The translations under genes and the position numbers were made by a program. This document shows positions 13,213 to 28,161 of a DNA stretch of 64,000 bases, in pieces. This DNA comes from Chrysomallon squamiferum (Eukaryota > Animalia > Mollusca): contig CM022670.1 in NCBI GenBank assembly GCA_012295275.1, positions 34,782,001 to 34,846,000 of the forward strand, written 5' to 3'. Every line of letters starts with the position of its first letter. Positions within the stretch are counted from its first letter, which is position 1. A model generated the notes under the pieces. That model did not search any database and had not been told where the DNA came from. It saw only the letters and a list, made by a program, of their open reading frames with translations.

Positions 13213-15149
13213 AAATGTTTGAATCACACACGTAACACGTATTAACAATCAGAAGTTATTTCCTCGGGGTACAGGTAAAACTGGGTGTGCGCGGTAATAA
13301 CAATCATTAATGAGTCACCTAGGAGGAAGAGCGATCATGTGCAGTTGTGTCACGTGTATTTGTAACAGAGTGTCTAGTGTGTGGGATGACGTAATACGTC
13401 ACACTCTACAGTTCTCACACTACGTATCAGAACAGTGACAGTGAAACAACATGTGTGAGAAATACATATATATACATTCACACATATCTATATATACACT
13501 CACATAAACACAACTATATATATATATATACATATACACAAACACACACACACAGATCAAATGTGTCTTGATTTATTTTGTTTTCATTATATGTCTCTAT
13601 CTAGATAGCTAAATATGTGTGTGTGTGTGTGTGTGTGTGCGGTTATATATATATATATATATATTATCATCATTACTGTCATCAATATTATAATTTTCTA
13701 TATGTATCTAATAATTATTTATAAAGGAAATAACAAATTAAATGAAAAAAAAAAAAAAACACAAAAAAATCCTCGTTTGTTTAATGCTATGAAATACAGA
13801 CCGTATTTCACGATCATATGGCGCTTTATTATATGTGCACTATCAACATTTACAGTTAGTAAACTGTTTACGATATCTTGACAACATTTACAGTTGTAAT
13901 TCAGTTGTAGAATATTCACCAGGAACAGGGCACGTAACAAAGTTAACTGTCTTTAGGCTATCTCCCGTTCTAGTCATGGCTCGACGAATGACCGTGACCC
14001 ACTATGTTGCGCTACTTTTTTTGGGAAGGTACTTAAATAGAAAATCCTTTGATGCAAACAGATTAAGAAAAGTAACCTCTGGACTGGTGAAAAAAGGTTT
14101 CCTATTTCATATTATTACACAACACGCTTTAATACAAATATTTGTTGTTATAAATTGTTAAACGAGCCAGCCACTGAAATAATTCAACTCTTTATGGGTT
14201 ATTCGAAACTAACATCAGAGAGAAATATCGTTTGTATTCATTTCGCTAACAGAGAAGAACACACAGTGTTGATTCAGTTGTGACCGGGATGCAGGAAAGG
14301 ACGAAACTGAGTCGTAAATTTAAACTTTTCAAAACGAGACTAAGTTTATATGATAACTATTAAAATATGCAAACCAGTTAACAGACTTTATATAATGATT
14401 ATCTCTGTAAGGCGAATGATCACATGAACTCAGCGTGGAGCACATAAAAAAATATATATATAAATAAAAAATAAGCGCCAACTGTAGCATTGAAAAAGCG
14501 GTTTCTACTAGAAAACATTTAAAATAACGCGCCTAAAACATAACACATTTCAGCTGAGGAAATTTTACAAAACTACACCGGAAAATATCTTTTGATTTTT
14601 TTCTTTTCTTTTTGTGTTATAGTTTTAAAGACTAGATAATATAATATAATATTAATTAATAAATTTAAAAAAAGAGTCAAATAACTAATTTAGTTTCGGA
14701 GTGAAGTTTATAAAATTACTTATAATAGATAAAAATATATAATAAATTATAATATCGTCTGTCATTTGCATACCGATAAACAGTATAACATTGATTTTAA
14801 TACAAATATCAACCAAAACAGAAAAAATTAGAATCAATGAAACTTGGAATAACAGATCTTTAAGATACACGTATGAACAGGATAATTATTTTAACATTCT
14901 TTTAAATGATTTATTTTATAACTGAGATAGTAATAAATTGTTGAAAATCGTAGAATACATTTTTTACTCATAAGTCTTGGATATAAGTTGCCATATTTTT
15001 CCATTCAACACATGATTATGAGTTTCAAATTTTTGGGGGATTATTAGAAACTATCGTATTTGCTCTTAAGCACGTACTAGTCAGCATATATACATAAATG
15101 ACATATTCACGTTAACTGAAAACTCAGTCAAGCATTGGAACTTTGTGAA

Positions 15150-15250
15150 GTGGGTTGTTGTCCTTGGGACAAAAATGGGTTTCTGGATCAGTTACCCTCG
15201 ATCCGCCAGTTGGGCTTTTCCCCGTTCCTGCCAGTACTCTTCTCCGGTTG
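15150..15250 (+). mobile_element. Decayed SINE-like 5' fragment
   Basis: ggatcagttaccctcgatccgccagttgggcttttccccgttcctgccagt resembles the recalled GGATCGATCCCCGTCGG..TTGGGCTATTTCTCGTTCCAGCCAGT segment of the same SINE family. Unverified. Confidence 0.4.
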
Positions 15251-15832
15251 CTTTGTGTGATTCACATCCTTAAACGAACAAAAATAAATATATTTCTGAA
15301 GTACGAGTCACCCACCAATAGTCAGATACTGTTCATTCAGGTGTTCATTCATTCATTCATTCATTCATTCATTTATCCACCCGTCAGTTCATTTAGTCAC
15401 TCAATCACTCATTTTATGATGCGTGTATATAATATGAGAAAAAGAAAACGAAAGAAAAAAAAATATATTTCTTTTCTAATATAAAAAAATTAAAAAAAAT
15501 AAAAATAAAATAAAATAAAACAATGCTGCTATTTAATTCAGTAATCAAACACAGAGCTAGGGTGGTCGTTACATTTCCTCTTCTTTTTTTCTGTTTTATT
15601 TTCTTTTTTCTCTTTTCTTTCTGTTTTGTTCTTTGTGATGTGACAGACACAAGGCTGTCAGAATGTCTCTGTTGTTTCACTTTAATGAACACGGGTTGAG
15701 TCGGTACGTTAAACTTGATCAAACGCGCGGCTGGGACAGACCTGTGATGTTTGTCCTGGGAAAAGCCGCTCTTCCGGCTGTCTGTAACTCAAGTAGAAAG
15801 AATGCAATTTACAGTTCAAGTTTTACAAGACA

Positions 15833-16107
15833 GGTGTGTGTGTGTCTGTGTGTGTGTGTGTGTGTGTGTGTCTGTGTGTGTGTCTGTGTGTGTGTGTCTC
15901 TGTGTGTGTGTATATCTGTGTATGTGTATGTGTATGTCTGTGTGTATGTGTGTGTGTGTCTGTGTGTGTGCTTGTGTGTGTGTGTATGTGTGTGTGTCTG
16001 TGTTTGTGTGTATGTCTGTGTGTGTCTGTGTGTGTGTGTATGTGTTTTGTGTGTATGTCTGTGTGTGTGTCTGTGTGTGTGTCTGTGTGTGTGTTTTTCT
16101 GTGTGTG

Positions 16108-16143
<36 letters not shown>

Positions 16144-16350
16144 TGTGTGTGTGTGTTGTGTCTGTGTGTGTGTGTCTGTGTGTGTGTGTGTCTGTGTGTA
16201 TGTATTTCTCTGTGTGTGTGTTGTGTCTGTGTGTGCTGTATTATCAAAGTATTTGGAATGATAAGGTCAACAAAGGAGTGACTGTGGGCGGTCTGTTTTA
16301 GTTGATATTTGGCGGGAATATACTACGTTAAAAGTGCTTCCATGAATATG

Positions 16351-16385
<35 letters not shown>

Positions 16386-16631
16386 TTGTGTGTGTGTGTA
16401 TGCCTGCCTGCACGTGTGTGTATATATTTATATATTGGTACGTGTGTAAGTATGTATGTGTGTATGTGTGTATATGTTTGTATTTATGCCTGTACATGTG
16501 TGTGTGTATGCATATATGGTGGTACATGCGTAAGTATGTGTATGTGTATGTGAGCGTGTACATATCTATGTATATGTGTATGTTGGTGTATATATGTTGG
16601 TACGTATGTAATGTAATTTATGTTTATGTAG

Positions 16632-16701
<70 letters not shown>

Positions 16702-16760
16702 GTACGTGTGTAAGTATGTATATGTGTATGTGAGTGTGTACATATCTATGTATATGTGTA
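15833..16760. repeat. Compound (GT)n/(GTCT)/(TA)n microsatellite with embedded ~60-bp duplicated units
   Basis: tggtac..gtaagtatgt..tgtgtatgtgag.gtgtacatatctatgtatatgtgta recurs at ~16520 and ~16700, and partially at ~16436. Confidence 0.9.
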
Positions 16761-18183
16761 AGTGAGTATATCCAGCCATATTTTTGTCTGTCAGGATGAA
16801 ATACAAATAATAACACTATGATAATATTAACAACAACGAACACAACTACAGAAACTGCAGTAATCTATCGTTACATAGCTGGTTCTACATTAACAGTTTA
16901 GCGGTAACAAATAAATAAATAAATAAAATTCATGTGCTGCTATCATTAAATTTATTCACATACTGATAACTATTTAACATTTTAGAGACTGAAACTGAAA
17001 TTAAATACATTTTAAGTAATTCATTTTCACGTATTTATTTATTTATTTATTCAGGTTTTTTTTCCTTTCTTAATTTGATGTAATCTGTGAAATAAGATTA
17101 AAAAGTTACAACATAAATGTTATAAGTACAATATTTTTTATTACTCTATAATCTTATTTATTTAAAGATTTTCTTCTCATTTTTTTGTTGTTTGTTATGT
17201 TTTATTTTGTTTCTCAGTTAAAATCATACAGTAAAGTTTTTATTTTATCTACTGTCCATTATTGTTAATTTTACCACTCACGACATTTAACAATCTACAA
17301 CACAAACAATAACAAATATAATAATAATAAAAATAAATAAATAAATAAATACAATTTATGTATGCATGTATATAAATGAATAAACGAATAAACAATTAGA
17401 CATTATTTCATTAATATGTAAACGTTACTACATATTTGAATTTGTGAACATTTTATAATAGTAACAATAACAATAACAATAACTATCAAACATTCATAGT
17501 AGTAACGAATTACTTTGTTAAATACGTTTTATAAGAATTAAGAAATAATGCTAAATCAAAAGAATAAATATAAGTAAAAAGTAAAAACAGTAAAAAACAA
17601 GACATATGTTACTTGTTTATATGAAAACACAAGTTAAAAACAGCAACATAAAAAAAAAAAAAAAATAACTAAAAATAACTGTGTGTGTATGTACGTAAAG
17701 AAACGAAAGTTTACAAAGAAATATGTTTCATTTTGCTTTCTGTATTCTTATAATTATCAATGCGTAAATTATCTGTATTTTAATTATATATTATTAATCA
17801 TAAAGTACATAAACTTTTTTTATTCTTGAAAAATTTCCTTTGCCTTGTAAAATAATAATCTTCGTAGTATTTGAACCGGATGGTGGGAAAGGAAAAGGAG
17901 GAAATTAAAAATACGACAAACTCATCGATAACGAGAATAAAATTTTCCATATATTCTATACACGTTGACAAATTTCCTAGCAATATTTACATATACAGCG
18001 CACGGTAAGACAGTGTGATATCTCAGTAAATTTCCGCTTAGTCGTACGGTAATAACCCGTGACCCTGACCCTCAACGCGCAGTAGTTTTAAACGCCGATA
18101 AGTACCACCAAGCGCACCCTCAATTTCATTCATAAATCACTTGCTCGTACGAGACACTACGAACATCTCCGAAAAACGCAACC

Positions 18184-19798
18184 ATGTCGAAGGAAGGAAA
18201 AGAATGGCCTGAACTTGTTGGCATGGTAAGTTTGAATTTTTAAAAATTTTATTTAGTAGAAACTGGATAAAATTGCTCGGTTTTAAAACGAAAACTAATA
18301 AGATATTTTTACGCGACAAGAAACGAAATGGATAACCGGAACAACTCGATTTATTTCCGTGAGAACGTTTATCACGTGACTGCGTCTAGTTATCTAAAAG
18401 GCGCGAAAGAATTAAGATTACATGACTTTACTATGAAGAAAACAACAAAAACAAAAAATCTTTGATTTTACTAATAATTACAGATAACAATTTTAAAATG
18501 TCTTAAAAATACGTAAGAAAACATTTGGAAAAAGATATTCAGATGAATAAAAACAGGAGAGAGGGAGTAAGAGAGAGAGAAACTAAATCGAAATTAATGA
18601 CTAAATTAAATTAATATGCATTTTGTTTTCATTTATTCACTGTTACCTCGTTCGTTAAAACTATAAAAGAAACTGACTGTACAATGATGTTCATACATAT
18701 ATTGTTCAAATTTCCACGATCTTTTATTTTTATGGAATTTTATCCCCTCTTTTATTATTATTTTTTCTTTAAGAAGGAAAAAATATATATAAAAATTAAC
18801 TGTCAAATGTTGGAATTAAAAACAAATTTCTTGATGTTTAACATTCTTCTAAAATGGCCTTTAACTCGAAACAAATAGTTTTTTGGCGCGTACAACTATT
18901 TATATTTCATTGACTGGTGGACAAGTGAGTTTACGCGGGAAAAACGCTATGAGGGTCTACATGGACGGGTCTGTTATAAATGATGGTTCAAACATCGTTT
19001 AAAAAAAAAAAAAAAAAATAAATAAATAAAAAAATATTTTCATTTAACTTTCAATATCTTCTTTAATTTTTTTTTTTATTTCCAGCAATGTAAATACTTA
19101 TTTAGATACTGAATTTGTTAATTTGCTGAATATAAAACTAAATAAAAAATACAAAACGAATTTTGTATTACTTTTGTCGTTAATTTCAGTTTTCTGTTGT
19201 TGGTTTAACACGTGTGGAATTACATTTCTGATTATTAACAGTTGTCACGCAATAAACCTTTGTTCACTTCTAAACTGCAGTGAAATAAGAGTTATTAACT
19301 TCTTATTTTTTAATTATAATTTTCAGAATGCCGAGGAAGCAAAGGCAAAGATCTTGGCTGAAAATCCAAACCTGAAGGTAAGCAGAAATAATTTTTATAT
19401 TCCTTGCAGTAACTGAAAAAATCTAAATTATAAGAGAAAAATATTTATATACAAGTATGTAAAACTCCATAGATTTATATTGATATGAATCTTAGAATCG
19501 AAAATATTCATTTGTTTACAATAAATATTACATAGTTGCTTTTACGTATCGTTAAGTATTATGATGGGTGTTAGAATAATTGGTACAGTAACTGATTCGA
19601 TCACTTCTTGTTTTCTTGCATTCAGTAATGTCTGACAAACAGTGTGGTTACGTGTGATATAATTAACGTTAACGACGACTCTTTCAGGTCGAGATCTTGA
19701 ACGAAAACGACCCGACTACGAAGGACTTACGGCAAGACCGCGTGCGCATCTTCAAAAACGCGGAAGGCAAAGTTGTCTCCGCGCCTAAGATAGGATAG
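18184..19798 (+). CDS. Potato inhibitor I family serine protease inhibitor (MEROPS I13, eglin c/CI-2-like), 67 aa, complete
   Basis: Exons 18184-18225, 19327-19377 and 19688-19798, all phase 0 with gtaag donors and ttcag acceptors. Product: MSKEGKEWPELVGMNAEEAKAKILAENPNLKVEILNENDPTTKDLRQDRVRIFKNAEGKVVSAPKIG*. It has the family signatures WPELVG, T-x-D-x-R-x-D-R-V-R-I and a C-terminal P-x-I-G. AATAAA at 20075-20080. Confidence 0.97.
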
Positions 19799-20182
19799 TG
19801 CCAAAGCAGAACTTAGTGTGTCATTGTACCGTTTGTTAATCTGTCACACCGTCCCTTCTGCTGCTAACTCAAAGGCAAATTTGAAACATCTGTAATCTGT
19901 GGGTGTTAAAATACAACAAACCCCGAAAAGCCAAGTTCAGAAAATTAAAAAAAAAAAAACACTAAATCTGTTACAGTAGTTTGGACGGTTGTATTACGAG
20001 TGCTAAATTCAAAATGCAAAATTGTTCTGTTTGTTTTGGAGCTTTTTTATAAATTTTAAATTTTGAATTCTTACAATAAATTCGTTATTTCTTGATTGTT
20101 GTTTGTATTGTTTTGTTGATGAAAATGTTAACATGAAAATATTCTTTATTGCTATCTTTAGAGATAAAATATATTTTTCTTA

Positions 20183-20254
<72 letters not shown>

Positions 20255-21967
20255 CTGTCTCACAATTTATCTCTTAGCTTTACTGTGTAACTAAAATAAT
20301 TTCGTCAAGACTACAAAATGATAAAAGCATTAATCATCTATGGATGGTTTAAATCCTGTTGATAAAAAAACATGTAGTATGATATCAAACTGACTTTCTC
20401 ACAAACAAGTTCACACTTGTTAGTTACACTGTCGAAACGACACACCACAGGATGATACAATCATCATAAAAGTATAAACCTGCCAGAAACGAGTTTGAGG
20501 ACGCCATAAACTCTCAGCAGATCATGGAACATGTTGTTAAATTAAATATAGATTTTCAATACGTTCGCGAAGTGCTTGGAAGCAGCCGTTATGTAATATA
20601 GGATTCAACCAGCTGCTATTCGGTTTAACAAGATTAATATATTTACAGTGCCTAATGAAGTTTTTAAATGAATAAATTGTTGATCAAGTACGTAAATTGA
20701 TTTAACGATATTATTTTACAGCGGTTTATAAACACTGGCAGACCTAAATTTTTAGGGTTGAAGTTTGAACAGTTGTAGGGGAGGGGCCTTTCGCAAATAA
20801 CAACAAGTCTGTCTATCCACTGTTATCTGTTTCTAGGTCAAGGTTCCATGACAGGTTTTAATAATTTAGACACATTTCAAATTGTGATTAAATGTGGAAT
20901 AAATTAGCTTCTGGAACCCTTTGTGTTTAGGGGTCCTGACTTTTTAAGCTTCATTAGTTTCATAACAGATGATGAAATTAGAACATTACTTAATTTATTT
21001 ATGTCTGGACTTTATTTTTATTTTTTTATATAATTAATCAGTCCTATAACGAGGGCAAACTGTGTTGATACTTGTACTGAATCAGTGAAAAGGTATTCAG
21101 AACTCGCTAGAAATTTCTGAAGTAAGATTTTATCGCATTGATCGTATCGTTAATTTTAGTTTAATTACATAGCTTAATCACTGTGTCATGTTAGCCAATA
21201 CAAATTAATAAAATGATGAACGTATCAAGAACAAACTGATGTACGTACAGTAGAACGAAAGCAAGAAGAAAACAAAATGAAAGAGCAAGATAAGTTTAAC
21301 ATTAACGAAAGCTAAATGTTGTATATCTACTGCTAAACAACAGGAAAGCGCATGTCACGTGTTATTATCATCATTATTATTATTATTATTATTTGTATTA
21401 TTATTATTCTTATTCTTATTCTTATTCTTCTTATTATTATTAATTTTAAATAATATTTTAACGAGTAATAAAATATTTTTCGTCAAGGAGATTTGATCCA
21501 GGGACATTCCGAATCTCAAGCCATTATCACAGAAATCACGTAGTTCATTTGTTGTAAATACTTGTTCATAAAATACTAACATACAAAAGTGATTTTATTT
21601 TGACAATATGCATTGTAAAATATTAAACAATCGTTACTCCTTATGATTTCCTCCCCCACCTGTCCATGAATGGTATGTTCTTAATATCAAACTCATATTA
21701 ATATTTCATGGATGAATATTGTCTGAGCTGAATGCACCGTTATGTCATCTTAATTGCAATAAATTAACTCTTTACGTGACAGCTTTATTAAAACTAAATT
21801 TTATATTTAGGCGCGGCTGTTATATTTGTCTGTCACAAGAGTAGTGACACTTAAATTTAAAAAAATAAATAAAAAAAAGAATATATAAATAAATCATGCA
21901 GGTCAAAATGACCAGAAAACGTCGAGTAGTGGATATTTTAGAAACAGTAGGAAAATGAATATCTTTT

Positions 21968-22002
<35 letters not shown>

Positions 22003-23029
22003 ATCGCTACTTGTGTGGATAATTTATATACCGACATTTTATATTTAATATTTTCTAAATATTGTATCAGGTACAGAAAAGATTTTTTATATGAAATTTA
22101 CAAATGATATATGAGAAACTGCTTTTCTGTTTTCCAAAGAGATTTTATCGTGATTCTTTGCGATCTGGATATTGGGGAAGTAAAGGAAAATTTAATTTCA
22201 TTCAGGAAAGAAAATAAATAATGCGACATAACATAACACAATACAAAGAAATATAATAAGTATAATAATAATAACTGTAATAATAATAAGCATAATAATA
22301 ATAAATGTAATAATAATAATAAGTATAAGAATAATAAATATAATAATAATAATAAGTATAATAATAATAATAAGTATAATAATTATAAATGTAATAATAA
22401 TAAATAAAATGAAAGATGAGAAAACACTAGCAGTGCTCAGAGTAGTAATAATAGTTACTGCATATATATATATATTTATATATATAATTTTATTATTATT
22501 ACTATTATTATTAATAGTAATAGCAGAATACGTAGTAGTAGCTGTAGTTGTAGTTGTAGTAGTAGTAACAGTGGTAGTAAAATAGTTAAAAAAGAATGTG
22601 TACATAATGATATGAAGGAGTGTTTTATAATGATATGTTAAAAATGTCCTGTTTCCCGCTCTCCAAGCAGCGTGCGTTAGTAAACAAAGGTAGTTTTCCA
22701 CTGTGCTTATCTACTCTGTGATCACTGGGTACTCTTTGTTTATATATTTCACTCGGTTTCTCTCCCTCAAAGTAAACACGCCGTGCTTTTATGAATTAAA
22801 ATTTTTGAAATGGAAACGCTTGAGTTGTTTGCGCTCTTTAATGGATAAATGCGCGAATGCACTTTTATTTACATATTTATGACTGTCTGCCCATCTTTTC
22901 ACACAGACACACACATATATACGTACACATATAAACACACATATATACACAGACATTAATGTAGAGACATAATTATAGAACCGTAAGAAATTTAGATGCT
23001 ATTTTATTTTAATCTAATAGGTAGGCCTA

Positions 23030-23560
23030 TATGTGTGTGTGTGTGATAATCGCGCGCTGGACCTTTTCGAAGTTTATTTATGAAGTACTAATTACGATGA
23101 TTTCGACGGCTGCTATACGTCTTTTCTCGCAGGCCTGTCTGCCTCGCTATCAACAATCTATAATCATATTTTCGTTTCTTACAATCAAACATTTAAAAAA
23201 TGTTTTTTCTACCTGCGGGCGAACGAGCACATTTTTAAGCCGTGGAGTTTATACGTGTTTCCACAACATTTAACATGTAATCAACAAAACAGAAACGCCG
23301 CCTCGTCATCGAAACGACCTTCACCTTGGTTTGCTTAGAAACCCAGGCAGACGTCTGTAATTTTCCTGTTGATAGGGGATTGCCGTGACCTACTGATGAC
23401 GTCGAAAGAATGTCATCCCGCAGCAAATATGTCGCATTCCCGTGACTAGAGTAGGCGGGAACGATTCCCCCCCCCTCTTTTCCTTCTTTTTTATTATTAT
23501 TATTATTATTATTATTTTTTTTTTTTATTAGGTTTTTTTTTCCGAATTTTTGGCGGGAAT
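23030..23560 (+). promoter_or_regulatory. CpG-enriched promoter-like region upstream of the + strand CNBD gene
   Basis: Local CpG enrichment; X-box-like GTTTGCTTAGAAAC at 23329-23342, CRE-like TGACGTC at ~23397, and E2F-like TTTGGCGGGAA at ~23549. Motif matches only. Confidence 0.35.
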
Positions 23561-24228
23561 GATATGTTAATGAAATTGTTTCCATTGTTGTTTTATACTT
23601 GTATTTAGATGTGATTCATTAATAATGAATAATGCAGTTTATTTCGAGGAAAATATATTCGTTATAAGTCAGGAATGTACTAGCCCTGTTGTTCAGTGGA
23701 GGGTGGTATTGGAAATACAATTTAATAAATTCATTTAAATAAATAAAAAAGAAAGAAAAAACGCTGTTGTTAGAATCAAATATTAGAAAAAAGCAGTATC
23801 AATAAATACATAAAACAAAATAACATGATGAAATAAATAAAGAAACAAAAAAGATCCTGTGTCTGAAACAAAAGGCTAGACAAACGACAACGGAACATTA
23901 TATCATTTCCTTAACGAGGTCATTATGTCTATTGGTTATTGTTTAATATATAGTGATTCTACATTCCATTTTAATGTTAATGATCTGGACAGTGTCATCC
24001 ACTTTCACATTTATTTTAACTTTTTTTTTTTATCACATTTTAACACATTGCTCCAGGTTTCTGTTACTGTTTATGCGCTTGTGTATTTAAAAAAGGAAAG
24101 AAGAAAGACTCTGCCAAAGTATTGCCAGTATAGACCAACTGTTTGTTAATTTAAAATGCTATTCAGTTGTAAAAACAAACAAATAATCAAACATACAACC
24201 AACCAAACAACAATAACAACAAAAACAA

Positions 24229-24277
<49 letters not shown>

Positions 24278-25675
24278 TAAATTTAATAAAATAAAATAAT
24301 AATAATCATAAAAAGTAAAAAGAGCTTGTTGTTTTCGGAAAGATAATTATGAATTATTAGTAATTTGCAAATACAAGTCTGCGTTTGTACGCGTTTACAC
24401 CTCTAAATGTCTGATTGCATCAATACTATGACGAATATGCAATTTGGGTCGTTATACATTTATATTTATATACACTGCACCTTAAACTGAATTGTGACCA
24501 AAGTGTAAATAAAAATTAGTCCAGCTATAGCATACTGTTCATGAAACACTGAATAGGTAAACCCGAGACTAATATAATAATTATTATGCTACAGAAACGT
24601 TTCTTAATTAGTTAATTTCCACATAGTTCAATACCACTGCTGTTCAGCTCACTTTTACGTTCTTATCGACACTTAAAAAAGAAATTTATTGACAAGGGTA
24701 AAATGTTATTTTGTGTCTCGAATTTAATCCTTAGTCAAACAAACAAGCTGCTACATACACCATCTTGAAAACGTGGTTACCCCGTATCAACACTTCCGAG
24801 TAATAGCTTAGGAAAACATTGCATTTGATACATTATTTGCTCTGTCGACATTTTTCAAAATCTTTCAGCTGAATTTTACAAAGCCTAACGATAGGTGAGA
24901 GCACAGGGGGGACCATTGGCCATTGTGACAAATCTAACATTTCAGATTTAGCGGGCAACCAGTTCTGATTAAAGTCATAGTAAAGGGTTTCACGTTATAA
25001 AGAACTGAATTATGGTTTAGATAGTCTTTTTTCGCTCCATACATAAACAGTATCTTGAACTATGTTTTCTGACATGAACTTCTGAGAAATGCAGAAGTAC
25101 TGCTTTAAACAAAGGGGATATATAACTGTATATTTTCTTCTGTTACGTAATCATTGCTTAATTTGTAAAAGTATTAAAAATGATCTTGTGTGTAAGGAAA
25201 TTCTGATATACAGGTGTATCTTTGTTTAAGATATTTATTTCTGCTCGGAATGCTGTGGACTAGAAGGTAATGAATACAGACGTAATAGATATGAACGGAA
25301 AAAGTTACACTGGAAATATTAAGTTTCAACTCGAATTTCATTAGTCAGTACAATTATTTTAGTGTTTTCTCACACATTATGGGATATAACAAATATAGAA
25401 GCTTTTTGAAACGTATTTCTGTATCTATGCTTACATCTGAATCTATATGAAATGTAAATATTATAATTCTGGACTGATATAATTACTCAAAGAAATAAAA
25501 TAATACCTGATGATATATTTTCTACAAAATAAATGACAAAAAGATGAAAACTGATGAACTATTTCTGTGATAGAGTATTTTGTTGCAATTAAATTATGAT
25601 AAATAGGATTTTTGTTCAGTGAAGTCTATTTGTAAATATTTGTTAGGATTATACACAGTGTTTTTATTCTCCATC

Positions 25676-27853
25676 ATGTCGACTGAAAGAAAACTTATCT
25701 CCGACATACCAGAAATAAAAGAAGAATACGAAGAAGGAGATACTGACGCTTTCACTATTCCTGAAACATCTGCAGAACCAAGGAACGAATCGGCTGCTAG
25801 GAAGGACAGTCTTGAAAGACTTTTGGTTAAAACCGCTGATGTGAGAAGAGCTTCAATTCTGGATGCAAAAATACCAGAACCAACGGATCCGTTATTAGCA
25901 GACAACGTTCGATTCAAAATTCCTTTCCTTCGAGATCCTCTGCTTTTTGAAGACGATACCCCTAACTCTAATCTTTCTGTCCGTCTGGGATTGTGTCTGT
26001 CTCGTTCTGGAAGCGACAGTCACATAAAGCTTCTTCAGAAAGAACTCAGCGAATGGCAAACCGTGTCAGCTACGAACGCCAGGACCGTAAGCGTGACTCC
26101 TAGCGTCCTTGACCGACGTAGCAAGTTGTCTCCCCGTGGAACCGGTGTGTACGTCAGAAAGAGGCGTGACAGCAGAGGTCGAGGACCTCTGTTGGCTGTT
26201 CCCAGTTTGGAACACAAGGAATCGGTGAGATGGTTTGTGTAGAAACTTCTGTTGTCACTGCTAACTGAATAAATGCGTAGAGTTGATATTTCTGGTACAT
26301 TAATGATCTAGACTCGAATCAGGCAGTGGGGGAATTTGGGTATTTTTAGAAAAATAATATTTGTATTTAATTTAACAAATTTAACAAAATCTTAAATGTT
26401 ATACATATATAAATATATATATTTAGATTAAACTAATACTTAAAATTTCATTATTTCTATAAATTATAAACAGTGAAATACATTTTACAAGCATCCTCAG
26501 TACATTTCACATTAATCAGCACCTCATGGATACACATCGTTTAACATAGGGGTATTTTACAGACATTTCACTATAGGCATGAAAGTAAGCCCCGAAGTCG
26601 TGGGGTGCGATTTGGAACTGGAACTTTAAGGAAGCTTGATCTTATAACCACTAACTACAGAAGTAAGGTGATTGATGTAACACCGTAATATCAGCAAGTT
26701 CTTTTCTGGCTGAGATCAAAACGTACACTAACAAAACTTTTTGTTTTGATTTCAGGCGCTTTCAAAGTTTCAGAAAATAGCAAGACTCGTCAGAAATATT
26801 GCCAAAATATCTCTGGCACTTAAAAGGTAAGGTTAAATTATTGAGTAGAACAATACATGCATGTATAGGTGAAGCAAGGCTTGTTAGTTAATTTTTTCGT
26901 TTTCACTAGAGGTATATCTGTTGCAGCTGTTTAATCATGTATAGGACTGCAGCGATAAAACAAATAACAAATGCCCTGCTTGTTTCATAAACGTGGGAAA
27001 CGCCGCGAATAAAACGTACTGACATGATAACCAGGAAATGGGACAAGGTAAACATACGATTATCAAGTTATTCGGGAATTAAAAGATAATCGCATTATGA
27101 TAATCAACATCAACAACGCTAAAATCCTTGACTACGGATCTCGTTCTGATTCACAAATATTAAATTTCTCTTCAGCAGGGCTATTCGTTAGTGATATTTT
27201 TACAACAAAGTCTTCACTTGATAAATAAGTGTCACGACATGATTGACAATATTGTCTAAAGAAAGCAATATTGCTAAATCACGACAGTTATAATTATACT
27301 GCTTCTCTATGAAGGCTTGCTACGAATATTCTGAAACTGAGAATTATAATTATGCATAACAAAAGATGTTTCTATACGTGGCGATTGCTTACAACGACGT
27401 CTAGACAGCGACGATAACATCTGCTGAAGAACGCGGCATTGTTGTTCACTAACGTATCTTGAATTGTATCTCTTCTCTGTAAAGACTTGCTACTGCTTCT
27501 GGGTCCTTTGAAGTTAAGGATTTTTTTATATATATATACACGGACGCAGAATAAAAGGTGTTATTATGAGATCTGGGCAGTAAGTTCACATGGTTTTTAT
27601 TTAGAAAGCTGTCGCACTGAGGGGGAAGTTAATAAACAAAGATGGGCGTCATTCAAGGGAAAACGTGTTATTTGTTCTTACGTTGTTTTCTTACAATTTG
27701 GTTACAGGTGATGGGCAATGAAGTGTTGCTATTTGAAACCGGTTTTGTAAAATGAATATGAAGTCGATTATACATGTACAGTCGTTTTTGCGAAGCGTGT
27801 ATTGTAGACCATTGATCTGTTACAAGTCATTGAAACTCAGTACTCTCGCTCAG

Positions 27854-27943
<90 letters not shown>

Positions 27944-27974
27944 CTCTCTTTCTCTGTTTCTCTGAATCACTTTC

Positions 27975-28056
<82 letters not shown>

Positions 28057-28072
28057 TTTCTTTCTCTCTCTT

Positions 28073-28161
<89 letters not shown>

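Noticed and set aside
26595-26660. Reverse tRNA-like B-box pattern (also ~21485-21540)
   Set aside because: No cloverleaf can be formed. At most a very decayed SINE head, too weak to call.
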